Source: an uncultured Methanosarcinales archaeon (lineage in GTDB: Archaea; Nanobdellota; Nanobdellia; Woesearchaeales; GW2011-AR9). From it: 64,000 nt of DNA. Position 1 is the first letter of the stretch. The number at the start of each line of letters is the position of its first letter. The DNA is taken from positions 133,585 to 197,584 of the forward strand of contig CAYFJV010000002.1 in assembly GCA_964343575.1 (NCBI GenBank). The letters run 5' to 3'. Below are positions 29,097 through 39,288 of this stretch, one piece after another. Under the pieces are notes generated by a model. That model ran no database searches and had not been told where the DNA came from. It saw only the letters and a list, made by a program, of their open reading frames with translations. Both the position numbers and the translations under genes were made by a program.

Positions 29097-30437
29097 TTAT
29101 GCAGACAACTCTTTGTCTGTAAGAACGGCAACTCTGCCCCCTTTACCAACTTTTGATTGGCCAGCAATCATGAAATGTACACCAGCAAGCTCTGCAGCTT
29201 TAAGTAAATCGTTATCTACTGCTCCATCAAGCGCTAGGGCATGAATCCCTCCTTTGAGGCTCTTGATAGTTGTTTTGAGCTCAGTGAGTGGTACTTTTCC
29301 AAGTACATTGAGTTTGTCATCAAAGATGCAAGCACCACGAGTTCCAAAGAGGTCTTCAAGTGTTTTTTTGAAGATTTCTTTCTCTTCTTTCGAGATCTTT
29401 GGTCCAGAAGGGCTCGCTCGTCTTACATTTGCTGCTCCTCTTGGAGTTCTTTCTTGATCTCTTCGAGAGTTTCTTCCATTGCGATCTCTTGTACTGTTAC
29501 GATCTCTTCCGTTTTTGTCGCTGCGAGCTCGTTTGTTATCATCACGTTTGATCATTCGCTTAACCAGGCGGGTGTCTTTGTTGATGAGCTCCCCATCAGC
29601 AGTAACTCCAAGGTCAAGCTTTGCTTGCTCAGCAGTAATCTTTCCTCGAAGCGCTTTGTGGATCTCTTTTTTGGTGATCTCTTCAACTTCTTTTCCATCT
29701 GGAGCTTTACAAACAAAGTCGATGTCTGCAACACTGATGAGTTCTCGAATGTTAAGATCTCCTCCCCGATCACCGTCAACAAAAACAATTGCTGTTTTTG
29801 TTTTAGTTAGACCGATTAAAGATTGCGGTACTGAACTTCCATTCATAGAAATGACATTTTTGAAACCATGCTTGAGCATGTTAAGCACATCTGCTCTTCC
29901 TTCTACAATGATGACTTCTTCGCTCTCCATAAGGCCAGGACCGCAAGGAAGACGTTCTCTTCCATAGGTTTTGATCTCCATCATCCTTACAGATTGTGCA
30001 ACTTCGTCTGCTAATTCTTGAGAATCTGGTAGAGTATTTTCGGTAAGATCATGCAAAAGAGCCTTTGCTCTATCTACAACGAACTTTCTCTTGCTTACTC
30101 GTACATCTTCAATCTTTTCTACAGTAATTTTAGAATTACAAGGACCGATTCTTTGGATGATCTCGAGAGCTGCCGCAATGATTGCTGTCTCAGTCTTATC
30201 TAAAGAACTTGGAATGATGATCTCTCCGGAAGTTTTTCCTGAACTGGTGTTTAGGTTTACTTCAATTCTTCCGATTTTTCCACTTCTTTGCAATTCTCTT
30301 AGTTCAAGATCGTTCCCTAGTAATCCCTCAGTTTGTCCAAAGATAGCTCCGATAACATCGGGACGATCGACGATTCCGTCAATTCGAATTTTAGTTTGTA
30401 CTATGTATTTTGCCGCGATTGGGCTAATTTTTGCCAT
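29097..30437 (-). CDS. dnaG: archaeal DnaG primase-like (exosome-associated) protein
   Basis: DVIGAIFGQTEGLLG, VEGRADV TOPRIM, DGDRGG. Confidence 0.96.
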   Translation of the reverse strand: MAKISPIAAKYIVQTKIRIDGIVDRPDVIGAIFGQTEGLLGNDLELRELQRSGKIGRIEVNLNTSSGKTSGEIIIPSSLDKTETAIIAAALEIIQRIGPCNSKITVEKIEDVRVSKRKFVVDRAKALLHDLTENTLPDSQELADEVAQSVRMMEIKTYGRERLPCGPGLMESEEVIIVEGRADVLNMLKHGFKNVISMNGSSVPQSLIGLTKTKTAIVFVDGDRGGDLNIRELISVADIDFVCKAPDGKEVEEITKKEIHKALRGKITAEQAKLDLGVTADGELINKDTRLVKRMIKRDDNKRARSDKNGRDRNSTRDRNGRNSRRDQERTPRGAANVRRASPSGPKISKEEKEIFKKTLEDLFGTRGACIFDDKLNVLGKVPLTELKTTIKSLKGGIHALALDGAVDNDLLKAAELAGVHFMIAGQSKVGKGGRVAVLTDKELSA

Positions 30438-30459
30438 AGGTATCATTCCCCCGTCTTAA

Positions 30460-30775
30460 GGCCCTGGCACTTGTTTTCAAGAAAAAGAGACTCTACTTCT
30501 CACTAGCTCAAGAAGTTCTGCTCCTTGAGCTGTTCTTTGTTAGGCAATGGTTTGGTGCTTGTAAACCAACCTTAGTACTTTGATAAAGAGTGTGATAAAA
30601 AAAGTGAATCTGATCTCTTTTTCCTACAAGTAGGAAGCCTTTCTCACAAGAATTTTCTTGTATTCTTGTGTGTTGTTTGATTGTTTTTTGAATATGAAGC
30701 CTGTACTACTAACACCGAGGTTCATTGCTTGGCAATGCCGTGAGCTCCCGCCGGTTACTCTCGTGACAGGCTGAA
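30460..30775 (-). promoter_or_regulatory. long structured dnaG 5' leader or sRNA
   Basis: TATA-like TTTTATATA 30803-30795; AGCCTGT/ACAGGCT stem 30698-30772; further hairpins. Confidence 0.5.
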
Positions 30776-31119
30776 TTTAGCATTTGCTCAAAACTATATA
30801 AAACCTTTGCTCTTTAATTCAATAATTCTCTTTTTTGCCAAAATATTTGCTTTATTGTCGTTTTTGAGCTAAAAATTGGCTCTTCTTTGTGTTTGGAAGA
30901 AGTAGCTCTTTCGCTCCGTTTTCTTGAAAATTTGTTGAGAATTGTGGAAAAAGATTCCTCAGAAACCCCTTCCGAAGAAAGAGTAACTGAGGAAAGAGAG
31001 GTGGTTTTGAGGTGTTTGTTACTCTTTAGTGGCAATACTTTATAAATCTTTGCACTTGTTTTTACTTTTTGGTGGTGGTTTGGAAATGCTTAAAAAGCCT
31101 TTTTCTATTGTTGGGCTCA

Positions 31120-31851
31120 ATGACCCAATACACCTATCAAGAACGTTTCCGTACTGAAAAAGGAGTCTTTGATGAGTTTACAAAGCGTAATCTCTTCTAT
31201 TTAAGTAGTCGGGGTTTTTTTGATGAGCTGATTAGCCCTATTTTTGTTGGGAAGGAAAGTAATGTTTTTTTGGCTTCTGCTGGAGAGCACAGCGGCGAAG
31301 GGGTTAGGTTTGTTATTGTGAAGATCTATAGGGTACAAAATTGTGATTTTAAGAAGATGTATGATTACATCAAAAGTGATTCTCGTTATGAAAAGCTGCA
31401 GAAAAGGCGTCGCGAGATTATCTTTGCTTGGACGCAGCGTGAATTCAAGAATTTGTTAAAAACAGAACAGGCAGGCATTTTGGCTCCAAAGCCGCTTGCC
31501 GTGAAACATAATGTTCTTGTTGAGAGTTTGATTGGTGAAGGTGATCAACCTGCACCACAATTGAAAGATGCTGCTCCAAGTGATCCAGAGGTGTTTTTTG
31601 CACAGCTGCTTGATGAGTTGGTTGCGTTGTATCAGAAAGCAGGGCTTGTACATGGCGATTTGTCCTCATTTAATATTTTGAATCATGATGATCGAGCCGT
31701 GTTAATCGATTTTTCTCAATCAACAACGGTGAAATCTTCTGGAGCGCATGAGTTATTAAAGCGAGATATTGGGAATGTAGTAAAGTTCTTTCGAAAGCTT
31801 GGCGTGAAAGTTGATGAGCAAGAGATTTTTGAAAAAATTGTTGGGAAGTAG
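31120..31851 (+). CDS. rio1: RIO1-family kinase
   Basis: GKESNVF, VKIYR, W..REFKNL, HGDLSSFNIL, IDFSQ. Confidence 0.95.
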   Translation: MTQYTYQERFRTEKGVFDEFTKRNLFYLSSRGFFDELISPIFVGKESNVFLASAGEHSGEGVRFVIVKIYRVQNCDFKKMYDYIKSDSRYEKLQKRRREIIFAWTQREFKNLLKTEQAGILAPKPLAVKHNVLVESLIGEGDQPAPQLKDAAPSDPEVFFAQLLDELVALYQKAGLVHGDLSSFNILNHDDRAVLIDFSQSTTVKSSGAHELLKRDIGNVVKFFRKLGVKVDEQEIFEKIVGK

Positions 31852-31867
31852 TTTTTTAGGTATTCTT

Positions 31868-31996
31868 GAGTAATGTCAGAGCGGCAGCGAAGGCAATGGC
31901 TCACTAAGATTTGTTCCCTTTAGTTACAAATGTTCGCCATTGGTCGTCCCCTTGTCTTGATTGACCCACCCGCCTCCCCTTATATTGACATTACTC
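31868..31996. ncRNA. candidate structured sRNA
   Basis: 11-bp terminal IR GAGTAATGTCA/TGACATTACTC; inner stems CAATGGC/GCCATTG and ATTTGT/ACAAAT. Confidence 0.45.
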
Positions 31997-32043
31997 TTGT
32001 TTCTAAGAGAGGATTTAAAAAAGAATTCGAGTTTTATTTTCTC

Positions 32044-32670
32044 ATGGATGAACATAATGATCTTGTTGATGACCAAACGCTTGTAGCTTCAGAAGATGCA
32101 GAATATGAAGAGCTAGAGGGAGGTCTTATTTCTTATCAGTTAAAGATTCCAAAAGAAAGAGTTGCTGTTCTCATTGGTAAAGAAGGTCGTACCAAAAAGA
32201 AGATTGAAGAAGAAACTGGTGCTAGCCTTGATATTGATTCTGAAGGTGCAGTAGATATTAGTGGTAAGGATGCAGTAAAGATTTTTACCTGCCGAGAAAT
32301 TGTGCGAGCAGTTGGCAGAGGATTTAATCCAAAAATTGCTCTTGATCTTTTGAAAGGAGATTATGTTTTAGAAATTTTAAGTTTGCGTGATGTTGTTGGC
32401 AAAAGCCAAAAGAGCATGGAACGTTTGAAAGGACGTATCATTGGGCAAAAAGGAAAAGCTCGGCACATTATTGAAGAGATGACTGGAGCAAATATTGCTG
32501 TCTATGGGAAAACCATTGGGATCATTGGTGAAGTGAGTGCAGTTGGGCTTGCTCATCGTGCGATAAGTATGCTGCTTGGTGGAAGTATGCATCGAACAGT
32601 TTATAGGTTCTTGGAGAAAAAGCGCCAGGAAGCTCGTCTTGGTATTGGCGAGAGTGTTCCGCTGGCTTAG
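32044..32670 (+). CDS. KH-domain SSU processing protein (Dim2/Pno1/Krr1 family)
   Basis: IPKERVAVLIGKEG, RAVGRGF, KGRIIGQKG, GSMHRTVY. Confidence 0.93.
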   Translation: MDEHNDLVDDQTLVASEDAEYEELEGGLISYQLKIPKERVAVLIGKEGRTKKKIEEETGASLDIDSEGAVDISGKDAVKIFTCREIVRAVGRGFNPKIALDLLKGDYVLEILSLRDVVGKSQKSMERLKGRIIGQKGKARHIIEEMTGANIAVYGKTIGIIGEVSAVGLAHRAISMLLGGSMHRTVYRFLEKKRQEARLGIGESVPLA

Positions 32671-32795
32671 ATTTCTTGGCTGAGTTGTGTGTTTTATTTT
32701 TGTATTTTTTGCTACTTTTTGCTTGGAATTTTATCTTTGGATTGTTTTGAATCCCACCAAAAATTTTAAAAGGCTTCTAAAAAGTTTCAAAGTAG

Positions 32796-34508
32796 ATGGC
32801 CAAACGGAGTGCAGAAGATTTAGCAAAAGGACACAGAGAAATTTCTATTGCAGAATTTTTTGAAAAAAACAGACATCTTCTTGGTTTTGATAACCCTCGG
32901 CGTGCACTTTTGACCGCAATCAAAGAAGGGGTAGATAACGCTCTTGATGCTTGCGAAGAAGCTCGTATTTTGCCTGAGATCATTGTAGAGATCATCCAAC
33001 TTTCTGATTCTCGTTTTCGAGTAGTTATGGAAGATAATGGCCCTGGAATTATTAAGAAACAGGTTCCAAAGATCTTTGCTAAGCTTTTGTATGGGAGTAA
33101 GTTTCACAAACTTGCACAAACTCGAGGACAGCAAGGGATTGGAATTTCTGCTGCAGCACTTTACGGGCAGCTCACTACAGGTAAGCCTGTAAAAGTTACT
33201 TCTAAAACTGGTAAGAAGAAAAAAGCAGTTGTAATGAAGCTAAAAATAGATTCTCAAACTAATAAGCCAGTGATCATGGGTGAAGAAGAGATTGATTGGG
33301 AAGAAAAAGAGCACGGAACTCGAATTGAAATTGATATGGAAGGTCATTACATGAAAGGCCGGCAAAGTGTTGATGAGTATTTGAAAGAAACTGCAATTGT
33401 AAATCCCCATGCAACCATCATTTATACTACTCCTGAAGCAAAGCAATACATTTTCCCAAGAGCGATTGAAAGTTTGCCTCCTGAAGCTGTGGAGATCAAA
33501 CCCCACCCTTATGGTGTTGAGCTTGGGAGACTTATTCGTATGCTTAAAGTAACTGAAGCCAAAACTTTGCAGCAATTTTTGACAACAGAATTTGTTCGAG
33601 TAGGGGCTGGTACAGCAAAAGAGATCTGCGAGCACGCATCACTTCTTCCAAGAACAAAGCCAGGTAAAGTTACTCGTGAGATGGCTGAGCAATTGATGAA
33701 AGGAATCGCGGCAACAAAAATTATGTCTCCTCCAACAAACTGTATCAGTCCGATTGGAGCAGAAGCGCTTGAAAAAGGCCTTCGTAAAGAAATTAACGCC
33801 GAATATTATTGTTCAGTAACAAGACAACCGACAGTATACCGGGGAAATCCTTTTGTGATTGAAGTAGCTATCGCTTATGGTGGAGAACAAAAGGCGGATA
33901 AGAGTGTTCGAGTAATGCGTTTTGCTAATCGTGTTCCACTTCTTTATCAGCAAGGTGCTTGTGCAACCACTAAAGCAATTCAAGATACCAGTTGGAAATC
34001 TTATGGTTTACAGCAAAGTCGAGGTGGCTTACCAGTTGGCCCTTGTACTATTATTGTGCACATGGCTTCAGTTTGGGTGCCATTTACTTCAGAAAGTAAG
34101 GAAGCGCTTGCGCATTATGATGATATTAGTAAAGAGATTCGTTTGGCTTTGCAAGATTGTGGCCGAAAGTTAGCTTCTTATGTTCGTAAGAAGAAGAAGA
34201 TTAAGGATGAAGCTAAGAAAAGAAGTTTTATTGAAAAGTTTATTCCTCACGTTGCAGAAGCTCTTGGTGATTTGCTTGAGCTTGATAAAATGAAGATTAA
34301 AGATATTGAGGATGACTTGGGCGAGATTCTTGAAGATAAACGTGGGAAATTGCAAGAGATCAAGATAGATAACCCAGATTACGATCCCGAGTTTGCAAAG
34401 ATTGGTAAGGAAGAGCCTTCTAGTGAAGAAGCTGAGGAGAGAGAGGGTGCTGGTGAAGAGAAGAAATCTTCTAAGGTGAGAAAGAAAGGTCAGCAAAAGT
34501 TGGTTTAA
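32796..34508 (+). CDS. top6B: DNA topoisomerase VI subunit B
   Basis: [32 protein letters not shown]. Confidence 0.97.
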   Translation: MAKRSAEDLAKGHREISIAEFFEKNRHLLGFDNPRRALLTAIKEGVDNALDACEEARILPEIIVEIIQLSDSRFRVVMEDNGPGIIKKQVPKIFAKLLYGSKFHKLAQTRGQQGIGISAAALYGQLTTGKPVKVTSKTGKKKKAVVMKLKIDSQTNKPVIMGEEEIDWEEKEHGTRIEIDMEGHYMKGRQSVDEYLKETAIVNPHATIIYTTPEAKQYIFPRAIESLPPEAVEIKPHPYGVELGRLIRMLKVTEAKTLQQFLTTEFVRVGAGTAKEICEHASLLPRTKPGKVTREMAEQLMKGIAATKIMSPPTNCISPIGAEALEKGLRKEINAEYYCSVTRQPTVYRGNPFVIEVAIAYGGEQKADKSVRVMRFANRVPLLYQQGACATTKAIQDTSWKSYGLQQSRGGLPVGPCTIIVHMASVWVPFTSESKEALAHYDDISKEIRLALQDCGRKLASYVRKKKKIKDEAKKRSFIEKFIPHVAEALGDLLELDKMKIKDIEDDLGEILEDKRGKLQEIKIDNPDYDPEFAKIGKEEPSSEEAEEREGAGEEKKSSKVRKKGQQKLV

Positions 34509-34537
34509 GTCGGGTGGATTAATTTTAGAAAATTAAA

Positions 34538-35650
34538 ATGGCAAAGAAAAAGGCAAGTGGAAAGGGAAAAGAGAACGATGTTGTTGCTCAAATGAAAAAG
34601 GTAGCAAAAGAAGTCTATGCTACCATTCGAAAACAGCAGCAGCCTGAACTAGAGATGCCTATTCGATCTTTAAGTAATGTTGCCTATAATGAGAAAGAGG
34701 GTTATTTCAAAATACTTGGCCGAACTAAAAAGAGGACACTTACTGCTTCTACTATCAAAACTTTTGCGCAGTCACTTCGTATGATGGGGCTTTCTCGCGA
34801 ATTGATCCAAGATAACGATTTAGCAACTAAAAGAGAGGCTTATTATGTAAGTAAAAACTGGGGCGAGGCTCGCTTTAAGGAACAGCCAGAGTCCGATAGT
34901 GTAATGGATGATATTGAAGCTATGATGCGCGTGAACCGTGAGCAGATTGGTTTTGTCCCTGAAGAAAAAGGCGGAGCGGTTGCTGGTGAACTGGTTGTTA
35001 TTGATAAGGATGAGAACGGCAAGGATCTTTTGATTGATTGTACCAAATTTGGAAGTGGGGCTTACTCTGTTCCAAGTTCAGTTGAGCATTTACGATTTAA
35101 GACTAAGGCAAAGTTTGTACTTGCGATTGAAACATCAGGTATGTTTGAGCGTTTGAATAAGCATAAGTATTGGAAAAGAGCTAATTGTATTATTATTGCA
35201 ATGGGTGGAGTTCCTACCCGTGCTTGTCGTCGATTTATTCGAAAATTAGCTGATGAGCAGAAGCTTGATGTGTTTGTCTTTACAGATGGCGACCCTTATG
35301 GATTTGGATCTATCTATCGTACGCTTAAAGTTGGGAGTGGGAATGCTGCGCATATTAACCAGTTCTTTTGTGTACCTCAAGCAAAGTTTATTGGGGTGAC
35401 TCCACAAGATATTTTAGATTACAAATTACCAACGCATCCACTGAAAGATGTTGATATTAAGAAAATCAAAGACCTTGTTAAGAACGATCCTTTCATTAAG
35501 CATTACAAACCTTGGCAAAAGGCGCTTACGCAAATGGCTAAGATGAAGGTGCGTGTTGAGCAGCAAGCTTTTGCTAAGCACGGGTTAAATTTTGTGATGG
35601 AAGAGTATCTTCCTAAGAAATTAAAAGATCCTAAAAGTTGGCTGCCTTAG
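34538..35650 (+). CDS. top6A: DNA topoisomerase VI subunit A
   Basis: TKREAYY, TDGDPYG, EQQA; operon with top6B. Confidence 0.97.
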   Translation: MAKKKASGKGKENDVVAQMKKVAKEVYATIRKQQQPELEMPIRSLSNVAYNEKEGYFKILGRTKKRTLTASTIKTFAQSLRMMGLSRELIQDNDLATKREAYYVSKNWGEARFKEQPESDSVMDDIEAMMRVNREQIGFVPEEKGGAVAGELVVIDKDENGKDLLIDCTKFGSGAYSVPSSVEHLRFKTKAKFVLAIETSGMFERLNKHKYWKRANCIIIAMGGVPTRACRRFIRKLADEQKLDVFVFTDGDPYGFGSIYRTLKVGSGNAAHINQFFCVPQAKFIGVTPQDILDYKLPTHPLKDVDIKKIKDLVKNDPFIKHYKPWQKALTQMAKMKVRVEQQAFAKHGLNFVMEEYLPKKLKDPKSWLP

Positions 35651-35676
35651 TTTTTAATAAGAAAAGAGGTAAAAAA

Positions 35677-36045
35677 TTAGGCAACACAGGCGCATCGCTT
35701 AAAGCCGTTATTCAAAGCGGTATTTTTGCTTGCAAAAGTCAGCCTGTTTTTTGGTTTGATATTGCTTGCGAAAGCACAATCTTTTGTATGAAATTTGCTT
35801 GCTGTTTTGCTTGCAACAAATCGCTTTTTGGTTTTTGTCACTCTTCGAGCAACTGTCTTATGTTTAGCTTTTACTCGAGCAATATTCATTTCAGTTACAC
35901 GCCGAGCAAGTTCTAAGTTTCGAGCTCGAAGCTCTTTAGTCTCTTCTTGCAAAGCTCTGATTTGTGCTTCTAAGGTGAACATGTCGTGCTTTACCATACG
36001 GAAAGACGCGATTACGTTTTGTTTGAATTGGTTAAAAGTAGTCAT
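35677..36045 (-). CDS. coiled-coil protein with Ada-like Zn-binding domain
   Basis: FVASK..KFH..C...GFKRCAC. Confidence 0.8.
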   Translation of the reverse strand: MTTFNQFKQNVIASFRMVKHDMFTLEAQIRALQEETKELRARNLELARRVTEMNIARVKAKHKTVARRVTKTKKRFVASKTASKFHTKDCAFASNIKPKNRLTFASKNTALNNGFKRCACVA

Positions 36046-36252
36046 TTTTTTGAACCTCTTTTGTATGAGTAGTCTATTCTAAGAGTACTTTATAAACTTT
36101 TTGTCTTTTTTGTCACTGTCGAGTGAAAATTCTCTCTGTGGCCTATAGTTCTTAACAAAAATTGTATTTATCTTATTTTTTTCGCCATTTTAGGTAAAAA
36201 ATAGTTTGTTTTTTAGACGAATTTTATATAGTTTGGTCTTTTTTTGAAAAAA

Positions 36253-36534
36253 ATGGATTTAAAAGGCATTGTTGAAGGTGCTGTAGCAACTAGTCTGGCA
36301 GTTGGTGTTTATCTCTCTACAGATTCTTGGCTTGAAGCCCAACTTGCTGCAGAGCGAGCTCCTGATTTGATGGATATTCTTCCTACAGTTACCTTGGGTT
36401 ACGGACTTAGTGCAGTTCTTGCTGTTTATGGCCCGGCAAAACTCCTTGGACTTCGAGACCCAGTAGGTTACTATCTTTTTGATGAAGAACCTTCCTTTGG
36501 ACAAGATGATAATCCTGCTCAAGATGAACTTTAG
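36253..36534 (+). CDS. hypothetical membrane protein
   Basis: Two hydrophobic segments; TATA-like motif upstream. Confidence 0.55.
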   Translation: MDLKGIVEGAVATSLAVGVYLSTDSWLEAQLAAERAPDLMDILPTVTLGYGLSAVLAVYGPAKLLGLRDPVGYYLFDEEPSFGQDDNPAQDEL

Positions 36535-36579
36535 TCCATTTCCAGAAACTTTAAATGCCAGTCACTTCTCTTCTTTCTC

Positions 36580-37158
36580 ATGAAATTAAGAATACTTTTA
36601 GGTCTAGCACTTATTTGTTTATCTTTTCTTTTAGTAGCTTGTGAGGGAGAAACAATGAACAGAACAGCAGTTTTAGAGACGAACATGGGAACTATTAAGA
36701 TTGAGTTATTTGAAGATCAAATGCCAATCACGACGAAGAATTTTATTGATTTGGCAGAAAGTGGTTATTATGATGGTACTAAATTTCACCGGGTTATTGC
36801 CGACTTTATGATTCAAGGAGGAGACCCTTTGAGTAAAGATGATGAGCAGATCTCTTACTGGGGAACAGGAGGCCCCGGTTACTTTATAGCAGATGAGCTT
36901 GTTGAAGGTTTGAGTAACACTCGAGGAACGCTTTCCATGGCTAACTCTGGACCGGATACTGGTGGAAGTCAGTTTTTCATTAACTTAGTCGACAACACTT
37001 ATCTTGATTATGATAAGCAGCCTTTGAGTAGCAAACACCCTGTCTTTGGCCAAGTGGTTGAAGGGATGGATGTGGTTGATGCTATTGGTGCTGTGCAAAC
37101 TACTAGTCAGAATAGGCCTGCTGAGCACGTGGTTCTTGAGAAGGTAACTATTGAGTAG
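36580..37158 (+). CDS. cyclophilin-type PPIase with lipoprotein-like signal
   Basis: FHRVI..FMIQGGD, SMANSG, GSQFFIN, HPVFG; LLVAC lipobox. Confidence 0.95.
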   Translation: MKLRILLGLALICLSFLLVACEGETMNRTAVLETNMGTIKIELFEDQMPITTKNFIDLAESGYYDGTKFHRVIADFMIQGGDPLSKDDEQISYWGTGGPGYFIADELVEGLSNTRGTLSMANSGPDTGGSQFFINLVDNTYLDYDKQPLSSKHPVFGQVVEGMDVVDAIGAVQTTSQNRPAEHVVLEKVTIE

Positions 37159-37202
37159 GATATGACAATTTTTATAAAAAATTCTTCTTTTTTCTTTTTC
37201 TA

Positions 37203-37673
37203 ATGGATGTTTTACATATTCCTAGGGGTCCTTTGAATTCTGCTCGAGTAGTAAGTCCTTCTGGAAGGGGGAGCTATTCTTTAGCAGAGTTACATGATGG
37301 AGGTTTTACTCCGATTGTTGACTTGGCAGGAAGATGTTTGCAACTGCTTTCTTTGGAGAGTTCAGGTAGAAGAGGGTGTTCTCCTCAAGTGGAAGCTCAC
37401 TATTGGGAAGGAATTACTGATCTTTCAAGGGAAAGAACTCTCGAGTTTTTGAAAGAAGAGGGTTTTAGGACTCCTAAAGCTTATGGCTTGGCGGGCGAGA
37501 GACCAGAAAATTTTGCTCATTGGATCACCGCTTCAAAGCTTCCTCTCTCTTTGCGCCTTTATCTTCCTCGAGGAGTTTTTGGAAGAGAGATAGTCTTGGT
37601 GAATAAGCGCTGGGATGCTAGTGGTTCGCCGGAAAGAAGTGTTGATTATCATCTTTTGCTTAAAGATAAGTAG
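37203..37673 (+). CDS. hypothetical protein
   Basis: 156-aa ORF behind TATA box. Confidence 0.55.
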   Translation: MDVLHIPRGPLNSARVVSPSGRGSYSLAELHDGGFTPIVDLAGRCLQLLSLESSGRRGCSPQVEAHYWEGITDLSRERTLEFLKEEGFRTPKAYGLAGERPENFAHWITASKLPLSLRLYLPRGVFGREIVLVNKRWDASGSPERSVDYHLLLKDK

Positions 37674-37738
37674 GCTCCTATCTTTCTTTTCTCTTGCGAA
37701 ATGTTTAAAAGTTGTCTTCTGTAGTGACGTCCTTGTGT

Positions 37739-37882
37739 GGGCCTGTAGCCTAGTCTGGACACGAGAAAGGCAAGCTTTCTGGGCTTGTCTCACTTGTGAG
37801 ACAAATAGGGCGACAGCCTTCTATGCATGCTTTTGTATGTGAAGCGAGCTGTAGACCGGGGGTTCGAATCCCCTCAGGCCCA
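37739..37882 (+). tRNA. tRNA-Arg(TCT) with two introns (19/20: 37759-37804; 37/38: 37824-37846)
   Basis: Acceptor GGGCCTG/CAGGCCC; TTCGAAT T-loop; both introns form strict bulge-helix-bulge motifs. Confidence 0.92.
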
Positions 37883-37894
37883 CTTTTTCATTTT

Positions 37895-37967
37895 GCGTCC
37901 GTGGCAAAGCGGCTAATGCAGTCCCCTGCAGAGGGACGGATCGAGGGTTCGAGTCCCTCCGGGCGCT
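37895..37967 (+). tRNA. tRNA-Cys(GCA)
   Basis: Cloverleaf; GTCCC-CTGCAGA-GGGAC anticodon arm; U73. Confidence 0.95.
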
Positions 37968-38002
37968 CTCATTTTTCTATAGCTATGTTTCATGACAATA
38001 AA

Positions 38003-38025
38003 NNNNNNNNNNCTCCGGGCGCTCT
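38003..38025 (+). other. assembly gap followed by duplicate of the tRNA-Cys 3' end (putative att site)
   Basis: 10 N, then CTCCGGGCGCTCT identical to 37957-37969. Confidence 0.7.
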
Positions 38026-38094
38026 TCTTTTCCTTTTCTTTGTCTATTTTTTGCTTTTGTTAAGATTAATAAGGGAGAAGGATAGTTTCTTCTT

Positions 38095-39240
38095 GTGGCA
38101 AAGAAAAAAGCAATCTCTTCTTTGGACTTGGCAGCGCTTGTAAGCGAATTGCAATTCTTGCGAGATGGAAAGCTTAACCAGATTTATCATCCTCAAAAAA
38201 ACGAACTTATCTTTCAAATCCATGCTCGCGCCGGTCAAGGAAAACAGCTTCTTCGCATCATTCCTGGAAAGTTTATGAATTTGACTTCTGAGAAAGAAAG
38301 TAGCTTGAGGCCAAGCGGTTTTTGTATGCAGCTTCGTAAGTACTTGTCTGGAGCCTTTATTCGAGAGATTTATCAAAAAGGAAGTGAGCGGATTGTTGTT
38401 TTTGTTTTGGAGAAAGCAGTGTTTGTTGCTGATGTTGGTAAGGATAGTGGTGAGAAAAAGATTCTTCGTTATCATTTAGTTGCAGAGTTTTTTTCCAAAG
38501 GAAATTTCTTAGTTGCTGATGCAAACTGGCAAATTATTGGAACATTGAGCCGGCAAATTTGGGAGTCGCGCACCATTAAAGCAAAAGAGAAGTATGAGTT
38601 TCCTCCTGCAAAGCTTGATTGGAAGGAAGTTAAAGAAGCAAAGTTTCGAGAGATAGTTCTTTCTAGCGAGAAAAAGAACCTTGCAACTTGTTTGGCAACG
38701 GAGATTGGTCTTGGTGGAGTAATTGCTGAAGAACTTTGTGCTCGAAAAAAGGTTGATAGTAAACAATTGCCAGGACTTGTTAAGGAAGGAGAAGTGAAGT
38801 TGTTGTTTGCTGCGCTTCAGGAAGTTCTTGATGAACTTGATGCTGGGAAGGGATTTTTGTTCAGTGATGGCGATATGAGTCCTTTGCATCTTGTGAGCAA
38901 AGAAGTTGAGAAGGAGTTTGCAAATTTTAATGCAGCTCTTGCTACTGTTGATCCTTTTGAGCGGGTTTCTCCTTACCAGCAGAAGATTGCTAATCAGCAA
39001 AAGATTATCTCTCAGCAAGAGGAGTCTTTGAAGAAGATTGAACAGAGAATTGAAGAATATGGAGCAATGGGAGAAGTAGTATACTCAAATTATGCTGCTT
39101 TGAGTCAGTTGCTTTTGATTGTAAAAGATCTTCGCTCTGCTCAAGGTATGGGCTGGGCTTCAATTAAAGATGAATTGCTCAAAGAGAGTAAGATCTCTAA
39201 GGTTGATCTTAAGAATAAGAAGATTGTGATTGATTTGTGA
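38095..39240 (+). CDS. NFACT/Rqc2 (RqcH-like) N-terminal part
   Basis: SSLDL, PSGFCMQLRKYL, ERIV, EFFSKGN, HhH GLGG..AEE. Confidence 0.85.
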   Translation: MAKKKAISSLDLAALVSELQFLRDGKLNQIYHPQKNELIFQIHARAGQGKQLLRIIPGKFMNLTSEKESSLRPSGFCMQLRKYLSGAFIREIYQKGSERIVVFVLEKAVFVADVGKDSGEKKILRYHLVAEFFSKGNFLVADANWQIIGTLSRQIWESRTIKAKEKYEFPPAKLDWKEVKEAKFREIVLSSEKKNLATCLATEIGLGGVIAEELCARKKVDSKQLPGLVKEGEVKLLFAALQEVLDELDAGKGFLFSDGDMSPLHLVSKEVEKEFANFNAALATVDPFERVSPYQQKIANQQKIISQQEESLKKIEQRIEEYGAMGEVVYSNYAALSQLLLIVKDLRSAQGMGWASIKDELLKESKISKVDLKNKKIVIDL

Positions 39241-39288
39241 GTCCGTAAAAGGCATAATTTTTAAATTCGAATCTTCTCTTCTTCTGCT

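Noticed and set aside
30814..31035. 73-aa minus ORF with TTG start
   Set aside because: Low-complexity Ser/Lys-rich sequence with no motif; cannot support as a gene, though not excluded
37533..38143. ORFs overlapping the tRNA pair
   Set aside because: Explained by the tRNA genes and the gap
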